Origin: Candidatus Saganbacteria bacterium
Lineage (GTDB): Bacteria; Margulisbacteria; WOR-1; JAKLHX01
Assembly (NCBI GenBank): GCA_026387835.1
Contig: JAPLKZ010000003.1
Span: 9,573-29,228 of the forward strand
Direction: 5' to 3'
Length of the DNA: 19,656 bases
The position numbers and the translations under genes were made by a program. Below are positions 1 through 7,660 of the stretch, in pieces. Position 1 is the first letter of the stretch, and each line of letters begins with the position of its first letter. The notes below the pieces were generated by a model. The model was not told the DNA's origin. It did not search any database and was given only the letters and a program-made list of their open reading frames with translations.

Positions 1-767
1 TTTTTTTCGTGCGTACCCCATCCCATTTCAGCCGGAGCGATGCCTTCTTCCCTGAAACCTTCAACGCTCCAGGTGTTGACGAATTCATTCACTTCTTTGG
101 GCCTGTCCGTTATCTGCGTATCCCTTTCGCTGATATGGACCACTTTTATCGCGAGGAGCATCGCGAGTTTTGGAAAGTCCCCGTCTTTCAGATATTTCTT
201 TATTAACGGCATTCTTTTATCTTTCGGTTTTTTCTTTATCAAAGCTTTTGCGATGTCTTCTATCCCTGCTTTTGTAAAATGCGATACGAGTCCCGGATTG
301 GCGCCGTGTTCGATGACAGCTGTCGCTCCTTTTGTCTTCCATCCTTTTACCATCTCCCTGATAGCCATGTGCCTCACATAGAGCGTCCTGTCTGTCGGGA
401 GCTTGTCTTTTGCGCCCTCATACGGGTCCCAGAGCTCGACAGACGTGTTTATGTACATCACTCCATGGTCATGGCACCACTGAAGTATCTCGCAGCAGTC
501 AATGTTCCAGGCGAGGTCTATTATCATGTCTCCCGGGCCGACATACTGGGCAAGTTTTGTTTTTAAGTTCTTGCGTGTGATTTTATCGACTTTAAACTTT
601 ACTCCGGATTTGACGGATTCTTTTATCCACTTGTTGTTGTCGACAAAATCTATGACTGTAACTTTTTCAGCGGGGACATCTATATGTTTTAAGATAAGAG
701 GGACTGTGCACCTTCCGACGAACCCGCAGCCGATCATAAGTATCCTGCCTTTGAACCTGGGCTTCAT
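1..767 (-). CDS. hss: Homospermidine synthase, N-terminal ~255 codons. The gene runs off the left edge of the window.
   Basis: Absent from the ORF track because it is open at the edge. My translation of the minus strand starts at the ATG at comp. 767-765, with a GGAGG SD at comp. 778-774. It reads MKPRFKGRILMIGCGFVGRCTVPL...HGANPGLVSHF...VVHISERDTQ...FVNTWSVEGFREEGIAPAEMGWGTHEK. The Rossmann N-terminus and the ANPG, ERDTQ, NTWSVEGF and PAExGWGT blocks match bacterial homospermidine synthase (Blastochloris viridis type) as I recall it. The four + strand ORFs at 9-795 are antisense shadows. Confidence 0.85.
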   Translation of the reverse strand, partial: MKPRFKGRILMIGCGFVGRCTVPLILKHIDVPAEKVTVIDFVDNNKWIKESVKSGVKFKVDKITRKNLKTKLAQYVGPGDMIIDLAWNIDCCEILQWCHDHGVMYINTSVELWDPYEGAKDKLPTDRTLYVRHMAIREMVKGWKTKGATAVIEHGANPGLVSHFTKAGIEDIAKALIKKKPKDKRMPLIKKYLKDGDFPKLAMLLAIKVVHISERDTQITDRPKEVNEFVNTWSVEGFREEGIAPAEMGWGTHEK

Positions 768-832
768 CTTATACCTCCACAAAAAATATCAATGAGATTT
801 AATGATAGCATAAAAATATTTTTACAAAAAGA

Positions 833-2704
833 CTACACTTCGATAGGAAGGATAAACAGAGGAATACCCTCGGCGTAAAGATGTTTCTGTATGGTGAACA
901 ATGTATAGTTGTGCATGAATTTTGTGAAGAAAGTTTCGTTTGGGTAAATGACCTGCCCTCCGAAGAAGGTCGCGTTCGGATATTTTTTGATTATCTTCGG
1001 GGCGATCTTCTCAAGTTCAGCTACAGTATCGATGCCGGACAAAGCAAACCCTTCCGTATGGTAACCGTGCCGACGGACAAGTTCGATGTACCTGTCGAGT
1101 TCCATCTTGACTTTCCGTTCAACTTTTTCAACCTGGTCATGTCCCCTGAAAGCAGACGCGTCGATCAGGCCCATCTGGACGAACACAACGTTCTTAAAAG
1201 TACTCCCGAACGAGCGGAATATGCTGAGTACTGTCTTGATCCCTATTCCCGTAAAATCCTTTACAAGTATGATTGCTGTTTTATTGCGAGGGTCAAATTC
1301 CCTTGAACTTTCAGGCACTACGGGGATGCCGGGAACCGGGTTCAATGCCTCGACCTCATCGACCATCCTATCAAGGCTTTTGACCTGATTGTCTGTCTGT
1401 TCGTAGTTTTTCTTTATCAGGAACATCAGGATCGCGACCGAACCTGTTATTACAAGGGTGATCCAGCCTCCGTCATGGAACTTGACGATTATGACGGTCG
1501 TCAATATAAAAGCCGTTATTGAAAGTCCGATCCCGTTCACCAGAAGTTTTTTAAACCAGCCTCGGAGCCTTTTTCGCGCAACCCACCAGTACCTTACCAT
1601 CCCGAGCTGTGAAAGGCAGAACGTTATAAAAACGTTGATGCTGTAAAGGACTATCAGATATACCACGGAACCGTTAGTCGCGGCCATAAGGATGAAAGAT
1701 GCGACACCCATTATAAGTATGCCGTTCATCGTGACGAGCCGGTCCGACAAAAGGGCAAACCTTTTAGGGGCCCAGCGGTCGATGGCCATATTGGAAAGTA
1801 CCCTCGGGCCGTCGATGAACCCGGTCTGCGCGGCCACAAAAAGTATCGCTCCCTCCGAAATAAGGGTCAACAGGATGAAAATATATCCCGGCAAACCCCA
1901 GCTCCCGGCGATCCTGTCAAAAAGAACCGCATTGAGCGTCTTCCCGAATGCCGGCTGGATATTAAAAAGGGTATAACCGAGCATAAGACCTAATACGACT
2001 GTCGCGAGAGATATCATCATATATTTCATCGTGTTCTTGGCGGTCTTGACCTTCGGTTCCCTGAGGATAGGCAGCCCGTTGCTGACAGCCTCTATTCCCG
2101 TATATGTTCCGGCTCCCATACTGAAAGCACGCAATAAGAGCACTAACAAACCGAACATGCCGATCTCATGCCTCGTGGCAGCAATATCATTAGCAGTCGA
2201 TGCGGCAATGCTCGTGAAATTTGGCAGATGTGTAGTGATCGTGACAATTATGACGATCAGATGTGTTATTACAAAAAGTAAAAAGATCGGCATAAGGGTC
2301 AGGACAGATTCTTTTACGCCCCTGAGATTAAGTACTATAAGCACTAACAAAATAGCCAGTGCAAAATAGATCTTGTATTGATAATAGGACGGGGGGAGAA
2401 GACTGAACATGGCATCAGCCCCGCTTGCTATAGAAAGAGTGATCGTGAGCATATAATCTATCAGAAGCGCGCAGCCCGATATCATCCCCGTGACCGGCGA
2501 CAGAAGCTTGCTTGCGACGATATATCCGCCGCCTCCCTGGGGAAAAAGTTCTATTATCTGGGAATAACTTTCACTTATGATAAATATTGTCGCGGCGGTC
2601 ATAAGCGCCACGATCAGGCCCAGGTAATGATGTTTTCCCAATGTGATGAATGCCTCAGGGGGACCGTAGCAGGAAGATGAAAGACCGTCAGACCCTAATC
2701 CCAC
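833..2704 (-). CDS. APC-superfamily permease with a C-terminal cytoplasmic domain. It resembles the KimA/YdaO-type K+ importers, which are often annotated as amino acid permeases.
   Basis: 623-aa ORF with about 12 hydrophobic segments. The N-terminal SDGLSSSCYGPPE block and the FPQGGGGYIVA block resemble KimA (SSDALSSVAYGTE and YPQGGGAYIV). A soluble tail of ~170 aa follows. The start is a GTG with no SD and the N-terminus looks short for the family (see finding). Confidence 0.8.
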   Translation of the reverse strand: MGLGSDGLSSSCYGPPEAFITLGKHHYLGLIVALMTAATIFIISESYSQIIELFPQGGGGYIVASKLLSPVTGMISGCALLIDYMLTITLSIASGADAMFSLLPPSYYQYKIYFALAILLVLIVLNLRGVKESVLTLMPIFLLFVITHLIVIIVTITTHLPNFTSIAASTANDIAATRHEIGMFGLLVLLLRAFSMGAGTYTGIEAVSNGLPILREPKVKTAKNTMKYMMISLATVVLGLMLGYTLFNIQPAFGKTLNAVLFDRIAGSWGLPGYIFILLTLISEGAILFVAAQTGFIDGPRVLSNMAIDRWAPKRFALLSDRLVTMNGILIMGVASFILMAATNGSVVYLIVLYSINVFITFCLSQLGMVRYWWVARKRLRGWFKKLLVNGIGLSITAFILTTVIIVKFHDGGWITLVITGSVAILMFLIKKNYEQTDNQVKSLDRMVDEVEALNPVPGIPVVPESSREFDPRNKTAIILVKDFTGIGIKTVLSIFRSFGSTFKNVVFVQMGLIDASAFRGHDQVEKVERKVKMELDRYIELVRRHGYHTEGFALSGIDTVAELEKIAPKIIKKYPNATFFGGQVIYPNETFFTKFMHNYTLFTIQKHLYAEGIPLFILPIEV

Positions 2705-2864
2705 CCAGGCAAAAAAAGCTATCTGAATATATTCTTTAAAAGTGTAAAAAAACCAATTTTTTCTTTAGGCATTGCATCAAAAAGACATCTTATCATGAAT
2801 TCCGTCAATATTCTATTGATTTTAACGGTTTACAATGGCCTGAAAAAGTGATATTGTTTATGCC

Positions 2865-3290
2865 ATGAAAAAGGTCCTGTTCATCTGCACGGGTAATTCC
2901 TGCCGGAGCCAGATGGCCGAAGGTCTGCTCAGGGATATGGCAGGCGACAGATTTGAAGTCTTCAGTGCGGGCGTCAGTCCCTCGAGCGTCCACCCGCTGG
3001 CAATAGAAGCTATGAAAGAAGCGGGGATAGACATAACGGGCCACGAGTCTAAAGATGTGTCAAAAGTCCTGGGACGGAAATTCGATTATGTTATAACAGT
3101 ATGCGATCATGCCAAGCAGATGTGCCCTTTCGTTCCCGGGGGCCACAAGAAGATCCACTGGAGCACAGAAGACCCCGTCGGCCTGGGGATAGCAGAGTTC
3201 CTCAAGGTCAGGGATAAGCTTAAAAAGAACATCGAAAAATTTCTCGCTCAGGAAGCCAAAGAATCTTCCGAAAAACTCCAGAAAAACTGA
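2865..3290 (+). CDS. arsC: Arsenate reductase of the thioredoxin-coupled LMW-PTP family (ArsC) / low-molecular-weight phosphotyrosine phosphatase
   Basis: The P-loop is CTGNSCRSQMAEG (CX5R). The downstream Cys pair in TVCDHAKQMCP aligns with Cys82/Cys89 of Staphylococcus aureus pI258 ArsC (TLCSDADNNCP). Length is 141 aa. Confidence 0.85.
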   Translation: MKKVLFICTGNSCRSQMAEGLLRDMAGDRFEVFSAGVSPSSVHPLAIEAMKEAGIDITGHESKDVSKVLGRKFDYVITVCDHAKQMCPFVPGGHKKIHWSTEDPVGLGIAEFLKVRDKLKKNIEKFLAQEAKESSEKLQKN

Positions 3291-3315
3291 AATTCACGCA
3301 AATATTATCCGATAA

Positions 3316-3335
3316 AGGATTGTAATCCTATTTTT
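3316..3335 (+). terminator. Weak candidate intrinsic terminator after arsC
   Basis: AGGAT-tgta-ATCCT (5-bp stem) followed by A-TTTTT-A, about 25 nt after the arsC stop. The stem is short, so support is weak. Confidence 0.3.
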
Positions 3336-3355
3336 ATTATCAGAGGGGATATATC

Positions 3356-4513
3356 GTGCCAACGAACATTTACAGGTTAGTGCCAGGTGGTTATCTGAAA
3401 CCATCCGTATTGATGGAAAAGCGGAATCTGATAGGCGGTCTCATATTCAATGAACTTTCAAGATTACCATCAGCGCGAAGGATAGATATCGTGCCGTTCA
3501 TTCGTGAAGACGGCATTTTGCCGGTATCAAAAAAACAGATGGTGATACTTTTAAAGCCCGAACTGTGCACGGACAAAGCGCTGACAAAGGCTTTTATCAA
3601 CAAAACTTTGATGGCGATCGCAGGGAACGGTTACAAGGTTCAGGCTATATCTGCTGTCTCCGGTCCTTTTATGAAAGACGCGGGAATTATCGAAAGACAT
3701 TACGGAGTGATAAACAGGATATTCAGGTTGGGTGCCGAAGCCCTGCCGGAAACAGCGAGAAAAAGATTTACCGACATATTCGGATCAAGCCCGGAAGATA
3801 AAAATGTCTTTTCAGGGAAGCAGGCAATAGAAACACTGGACCTTTCGGCAGAAGTCCTTATGGAAAAATGGATGACTGGCGATAAACCGGAAAAATTAGC
3901 GCCTGGAATGTACGCAAAAAAGATCACTATCGACGGCCCTTCCCCTGAAGGATCAAGGACAGTCTGCATCCTTAACGGATTTCATGCAGTCCAGTTAAGT
4001 CATTTTACATCCCAAAACAGCAGGGTCATAGCGATGCTGATCGCCAGCGATTCGCCTTATTTTCCGGACTGGTGGGGCAGGATCCAGTCAATAGCCGCAA
4101 GATCCAGTTATTCAAGCTCCTGGGCGGTTATGAGGAATGATGTATTCGGTGCTACCGATCCCACAAAGGCGAAAAAAGGCAGCCTGAGGGAACGGCTTTT
4201 AAGGACAGGGAAAATTCTGGGTGTAGATCAGGTGGATTTCTTCATGAACGGCTGGCATCTTTCGGCGGGGCCGGTGGAATCGATAAATGAAGCAGCTAAC
4301 TGGTTCGGACTTGCTCCGGCCAAGACGGTGATGGGTGAATTGCTTGTTTCAAGCGGGCTGGGTTCATTGGTCCCGGCTCTGGCAGGTAATTGTCTTATTC
4401 AGCAAAACGGCGGAGAAAAACCTGTTTTTGATGTCACTGAAGGCATGGAACCGGATAAGGCTATTGATCTCATAAAAGAAGCGAACAGGACCGCGGCAAT
4501 AAAAAATATTTGA
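3356..4513 (+). CDS. Hypothetical protein with a divergent, expanded nucleoside diphosphate kinase (NDK)-like fold
   Basis: GTG start with a GAGGGG SD 7 nt upstream. These blocks align by eye to NDK: MVILLKPE (NDK IIKPD), GYKVQAISAV (GFKIVGxK), IIERHYG (FYxEH), RVIAMLIAS (PVVAMVxEG), FGATDPTKAKKGSLRERL (LGATNPxxAxPGTIRGDF) and NGWHLSAGPVESINEAANWFG (NxxHGSDSVESAxREIxxWF). The putative phospho-His is H301 (nt 4256-4258). Confidence 0.6.
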   Translation: MPTNIYRLVPGGYLKPSVLMEKRNLIGGLIFNELSRLPSARRIDIVPFIREDGILPVSKKQMVILLKPELCTDKALTKAFINKTLMAIAGNGYKVQAISAVSGPFMKDAGIIERHYGVINRIFRLGAEALPETARKRFTDIFGSSPEDKNVFSGKQAIETLDLSAEVLMEKWMTGDKPEKLAPGMYAKKITIDGPSPEGSRTVCILNGFHAVQLSHFTSQNSRVIAMLIASDSPYFPDWWGRIQSIAARSSYSSSWAVMRNDVFGATDPTKAKKGSLRERLLRTGKILGVDQVDFFMNGWHLSAGPVESINEAANWFGLAPAKTVMGELLVSSGLGSLVPALAGNCLIQQNGGEKPVFDVTEGMEPDKAIDLIKEANRTAAIKNI

Positions 4514-4549
4514 TAAAAGACATTCAATCTGCTAAAATCTTATTATCAA
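4510..4549 (+). promoter_or_regulatory. Candidate sigma70-type promoter embedded in an imperfect ~40-bp palindrome, a possible operator for the bio operon
   Basis: TTGATA (4510-4515), a 17-nt spacer, then TAAAAT (4533-4538), lying 29 nt upstream of the ATG at 4567. The inverted repeat TTGATAAAAGA (4510-4520) / TCTTATTATCAA (4538-4549, reverse complement TTGATAATAAGA) brackets the -35 and -10 boxes. Confidence 0.4.
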
Positions 4550-4566
4550 ACCGAAAGGAGCCACAC

Positions 4567-4740
4567 ATGCCTACAGAAAGATCCGAGTACCAGGGAAAGC
4601 CGATCCTCATCCTTAGAAGGAGCGACGAGGATAAATATCCTTTTTCCTTCGGGGTGTCAAAAGCAAAACTGCTGCTCGAGAACATCGACGAGATCAAAAA
4701 ATTTGTTGCGGAGAACGACAAGCCGAAAGCCGCTAAATAA
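4567..4740 (+). CDS. Small hypothetical protein (57 aa), first cistron ahead of bioB. It has a tentative PC4/YdbC-like pattern.
   Basis: The ATG at 4567 is preceded by AAAGGAG (4554-4560). The longer 4510 start in the ORF track lacks an SD and overlaps the promoter. The sequence is MPTERSEYQGKPILILRRSDEDKYPFSFGVSKAKLLLENIDEIKKFVAENDKPKAAK. Confidence 0.5.
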   Translation: MPTERSEYQGKPILILRRSDEDKYPFSFGVSKAKLLLENIDEIKKFVAENDKPKAAK

Positions 4741-4777
4741 CAGATCCCCGATAAACCCGTAAAACAAAAGGCCTGAA

Positions 4778-5710
4778 ATGGAAATATCTTCCGTCAGTTC
4801 GCTGATCGATATGCCGCTCACGCAGATCATTTCCCTCGCGGATAAAGTCAGGTCTGACAATATGGGGAATTGTCTCGACGTCTGCACGATAACCAACGCG
4901 AAAAGCGGCCTGTGCGGCGAGGATTGCAAGTTCTGCGCCCAGTCTTCCCATCATAATGCCGAGATCGAGGTCTACGGCCTAAAATCCAAAGAAAAAATGT
5001 TCAGTGAAGCTGTTGAGGCAAAAAAGAACGGCGCAAAAAGATTCGGGATAGTTACAAGCGGCAACAATCTGACAGAAGAAGAACTCGGTGTAATCGAGCG
5101 CGCAATTAGAGACATATCGGTAAACGTCGGGATCATAGCCTGTGCCTCACTCGGAGCCTTAACAGAAAGTCAGCTTTTGAGATTAAAAAGAGCCGGTCTT
5201 TCAAGATACCATCACAATATTGAGACGTCCCGCAATTTCTATCCCAAAATAGTCTCGACCCATTCTTTCGATGAAAGGATCGATACTATTAAGGCCGCAA
5301 AAAAAGTTGGCTTGCAGGTCTGTTCCGGCGGCATAATCGGCCTCGGAGAAGGATGGCAGGACAGGATAGACATGGCTTTGCTTTTAAAAGAACTCAACGT
5401 GGATTCGGTTCCGATAAATATTCTTGTCCCTATTAAGGGAACGCCGATGGAGGGAAAGACTTACATTACGCCGGTAGATGCTGTCAGGACTATCGCGATG
5501 TTCAGGATCATATTGAAAGACAAGACGATCAAGGTCGCCGCAGGCAGGGAGACTATCCTTAAAGACTACCAGGCGATGGCTTTCATGGCCGGAGCGAACG
5601 GCATGCTTATAGGCGGGTATCTGACGGTGAGGGGAAGGGGCGTTGAGGAAGATCAAAAGTTCATAAAAGAAATAATAAAGATGTGGGAGAATGATAAAAC
5701 TAATGTCTAA
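4778..5710 (+). CDS. bioB: Biotin synthase
   Basis: Radical SAM motif CGEDCKFCAQS, the YHHNIETS block and a GxIxGxGE region. The 310-aa length and bio-operon context fit. Confidence 0.95.
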   Translation: MEISSVSSLIDMPLTQIISLADKVRSDNMGNCLDVCTITNAKSGLCGEDCKFCAQSSHHNAEIEVYGLKSKEKMFSEAVEAKKNGAKRFGIVTSGNNLTEEELGVIERAIRDISVNVGIIACASLGALTESQLLRLKRAGLSRYHHNIETSRNFYPKIVSTHSFDERIDTIKAAKKVGLQVCSGGIIGLGEGWQDRIDMALLLKELNVDSVPINILVPIKGTPMEGKTYITPVDAVRTIAMFRIILKDKTIKVAAGRETILKDYQAMAFMAGANGMLIGGYLTVRGRGVEEDQKFIKEIIKMWENDKTNV

Positions 5711-5797
5711 TGACTAATTCCTAATGACTAATTAATGAAGAATATTATATAAATAATTATTCCTTCATTAGTCATTAGACATTAGTAATTAGTCATT
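5699..5797. repeat. AT-rich nested inverted/direct repeat cluster in the bioB-bioF spacer
   Basis: The unit AATGACTAAT occurs at 5709-5718 and 5722-5731. Its complement ATTAGTCATT occurs at 5767-5776 and 5788-5797. TAATGTCT (5701-5708) has its complement AGACATTA at 5777-5784. The central stem AATGAAGAATA (5734-5744) pairs with TATTCCTTCATT (5758-5769) with one bulge. Confidence 0.7.
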
Positions 5798-5814
5798 TCT
5801 ATAAGAGGTAGACG

Positions 5815-6954
5815 ATGAATTTTATCGATGATCTTTTAAAACAACGCAAAGAAGACAATAATTTCAGGACCCTTGATCCTGTTTCGTCCAGGAACGGATG
5901 CATCATCACCGTCAACGGCAAAGAATATATCGATTTTTCATCTAACGATTACCTCGGCCTGTCGGGCCATCCGGAGATGATAAAGGCCGTAAAGGAAGCA
6001 GCTGAAAAATGGGGGACAGGTTCGGCGTCCTCGCGCCTCTTGAGCGGAGATAATATCCTTTTTCATGAACTGGAAGAAAAAACAGCGGTCTTCAAATCAA
6101 AAGAAGCATCACTGGTCTTTAACAGCGGATATCAGGCGAATACCGGCATCATCAGCGCCCTTTATTCAAAGGAAGACGTGATATTTGCCGATAAGCTTGT
6201 CCACGCCAGCATAATAGACGGGATACTGCTGTCCGGAGCAAAAATGTTCAGGTTCTCTCATAACGATACCGGGCATCTGAAAGAGCTCTTAATAAAGAAC
6301 AGGAAAAGATTTAAGAACGCTTTGATCGTGACCGAGTCGGTCTTCAGCATGGACGGCGACACAGCGCCGTTAAAAGAACTTGCCGCGATAAAGAATGAAA
6401 ATGACTGCATGCTTATGGCGGACGAGGCCCATGCGACAGGGATATTCGGCGATAAAGGTTCGGGGATGGTCGAAAGAGAAGGGGTTTCCGAAAGTGTCGA
6501 ACTGGTTATGGGGACATTCAGCAAGGCGCTTGGCAGCTTCGGTGCTTATCTGGCATGTTCGAAAAAAATAAAAGAATACCTGGTGAATACATGCAGAAGT
6601 TTCATATATTCAACGGCGCTGCCGCCCGCGGTAATAGCGGCAAACTTAAAAAGCCTTGAATTGGTGAAGAAAGAACCGGAGAGAAGAAAAAAGCTTCTCG
6701 AACTGTCAGTTTATTTCAAAAAACAAATTGAGGAAAACGGGTTCGAGGTCAGGAGCACATCCCAGATCATCCCGGTCGTCATCGGTGAAAATGAAGAGGC
6801 TGTAAAAGTTTCAAAAAAGCTGAAAGAAAAAGGTTTCCGCGCGATGCCTGTCAGGTACCCGACGGTCCCAAAAGGGCAGGCGAGGATCAGGTTCTCGCTC
6901 TCATCACTGCATACCAAAGAAATGATCGATGAGGCCTTAAATGCGCTCAAATGA
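5815..6954 (+). CDS. bioF: 8-amino-7-oxononanoate synthase
   Basis: SNDYLGL, a DEAHATG-type block and the FSKALG PLP-lysine motif. AAGAGG SD at 5803-5808. Length is 379 aa. Confidence 0.93.
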   Translation: MNFIDDLLKQRKEDNNFRTLDPVSSRNGCIITVNGKEYIDFSSNDYLGLSGHPEMIKAVKEAAEKWGTGSASSRLLSGDNILFHELEEKTAVFKSKEASLVFNSGYQANTGIISALYSKEDVIFADKLVHASIIDGILLSGAKMFRFSHNDTGHLKELLIKNRKRFKNALIVTESVFSMDGDTAPLKELAAIKNENDCMLMADEAHATGIFGDKGSGMVEREGVSESVELVMGTFSKALGSFGAYLACSKKIKEYLVNTCRSFIYSTALPPAVIAANLKSLELVKKEPERRKKLLELSVYFKKQIEENGFEVRSTSQIIPVVIGENEEAVKVSKKLKEKGFRAMPVRYPTVPKGQARIRFSLSSLHTKEMIDEALNALK

Positions 6955-7636
6955 TGACGTTTTCACTTGCATAGACAGGGGGAAGCAAAGGACGATCGCG
7001 CTTTTCCCGGGGTGGGCGACCGACAAGGAAATATTCGCAGGTCTGGATATCGACTATAATTTTATCTTTCCCAATCTTTCAGACCCCGGCACTTTGATAA
7101 AAACCTTTCCTTTGTTCTTAGAAAAGAACGGCATAGAAAAGATCTCGCTGCTCGGCTGGTCATTGGGAGGGGTGATAGCCGCGGATATTGCGGGAAAGAT
7201 CCCCGAAAAGATCAAAGAGCTTATCCTGGTCGGCGTCAGGCAGGCTTACACAAAAGAATGGATCGGCAGGGTGAAAGAATATATCAAAAAAAGCAAAAAA
7301 GCATACCTGTATAAATTTTTCCTCGAATGTTTTTCGGCCGGCGATAAAGACGCTCTTGAAAAGTTCAAGGAAGGCCTGATGAAGAAGTATTTTGTAAAGT
7401 TCACTGCCGATGAATTATGCAAAGGCCTTGATTATTTATATCAGAAGCCTATTGTGCCGGACAGCATAACACAGATAAAAAAAAGGTTCATATTCGGGAA
7501 GGAAGATAAAATAGTGCCGGTGGAAGAGATCATAAAACTGAAACAGCTGTTCCCTGAAAGCAGGTTCGTATTCATCGAAAAAGCGGGGCACATGCCGTTC
7601 TTAAACAAAAAAACGGGATTTGCCCTTGACGCATAA
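6941..7636 (+). CDS. bioH: Pimeloyl-[ACP] methyl ester esterase, a small alpha/beta hydrolase of BioH or BioG type
   Basis: Nucleophile elbow LLGWSLGG (E. coli BioH has WLGWSLGG) and C-terminal GHMPF histidine. The 231-aa size and the N-terminal FPGWATD block are equally compatible with the DUF452/BioG class. It sits between bioF and bioC and overlaps bioF by 14 nt. Confidence 0.7.
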   Translation: MRSNDDVFTCIDRGKQRTIALFPGWATDKEIFAGLDIDYNFIFPNLSDPGTLIKTFPLFLEKNGIEKISLLGWSLGGVIAADIAGKIPEKIKELILVGVRQAYTKEWIGRVKEYIKKSKKAYLYKFFLECFSAGDKDALEKFKEGLMKKYFVKFTADELCKGLDYLYQKPIVPDSITQIKKRFIFGKEDKIVPVEEIIKLKQLFPESRFVFIEKAGHMPFLNKKTGFALDA

Positions 7637-7660
7637 AATATAGCTTGAGATAATGTTCAT

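Noticed and set aside
9-795. Four overlapping + strand ORFs (65-113 aa) at the left edge
   Set aside because: They are low-complexity antisense shadows of the minus-strand homospermidine synthase gene. That gene has a clean SD and ATG and strong family motifs.
2705-2864. Possible c-di-AMP (ydaO/kimA-type) riboswitch upstream of the KimA-like permease
   Set aside because: The 160-nt divergent spacer is AT-rich. I could not recognise the GC-rich conserved pseudo-symmetric cores of that riboswitch, and could not define convincing -35/-10 pairs either. An Infernal scan would settle it.
2865-3290. Orphan arsC without arsR/arsB/acr3 as an anomaly
   Set aside because: Stand-alone LMW-PTP/ArsC-family genes are common and may act as protein phosphatases. 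Nothing in the sequence marks it as unusual.
5699-5797. CRISPR array as the explanation for the repeated TAATGACTAAT units
   Set aside because: The units are ~10 nt, partly inverted and nearly abutting, with no spacer-sized unique segments and no cas genes. The architecture is a palindrome, not an array.
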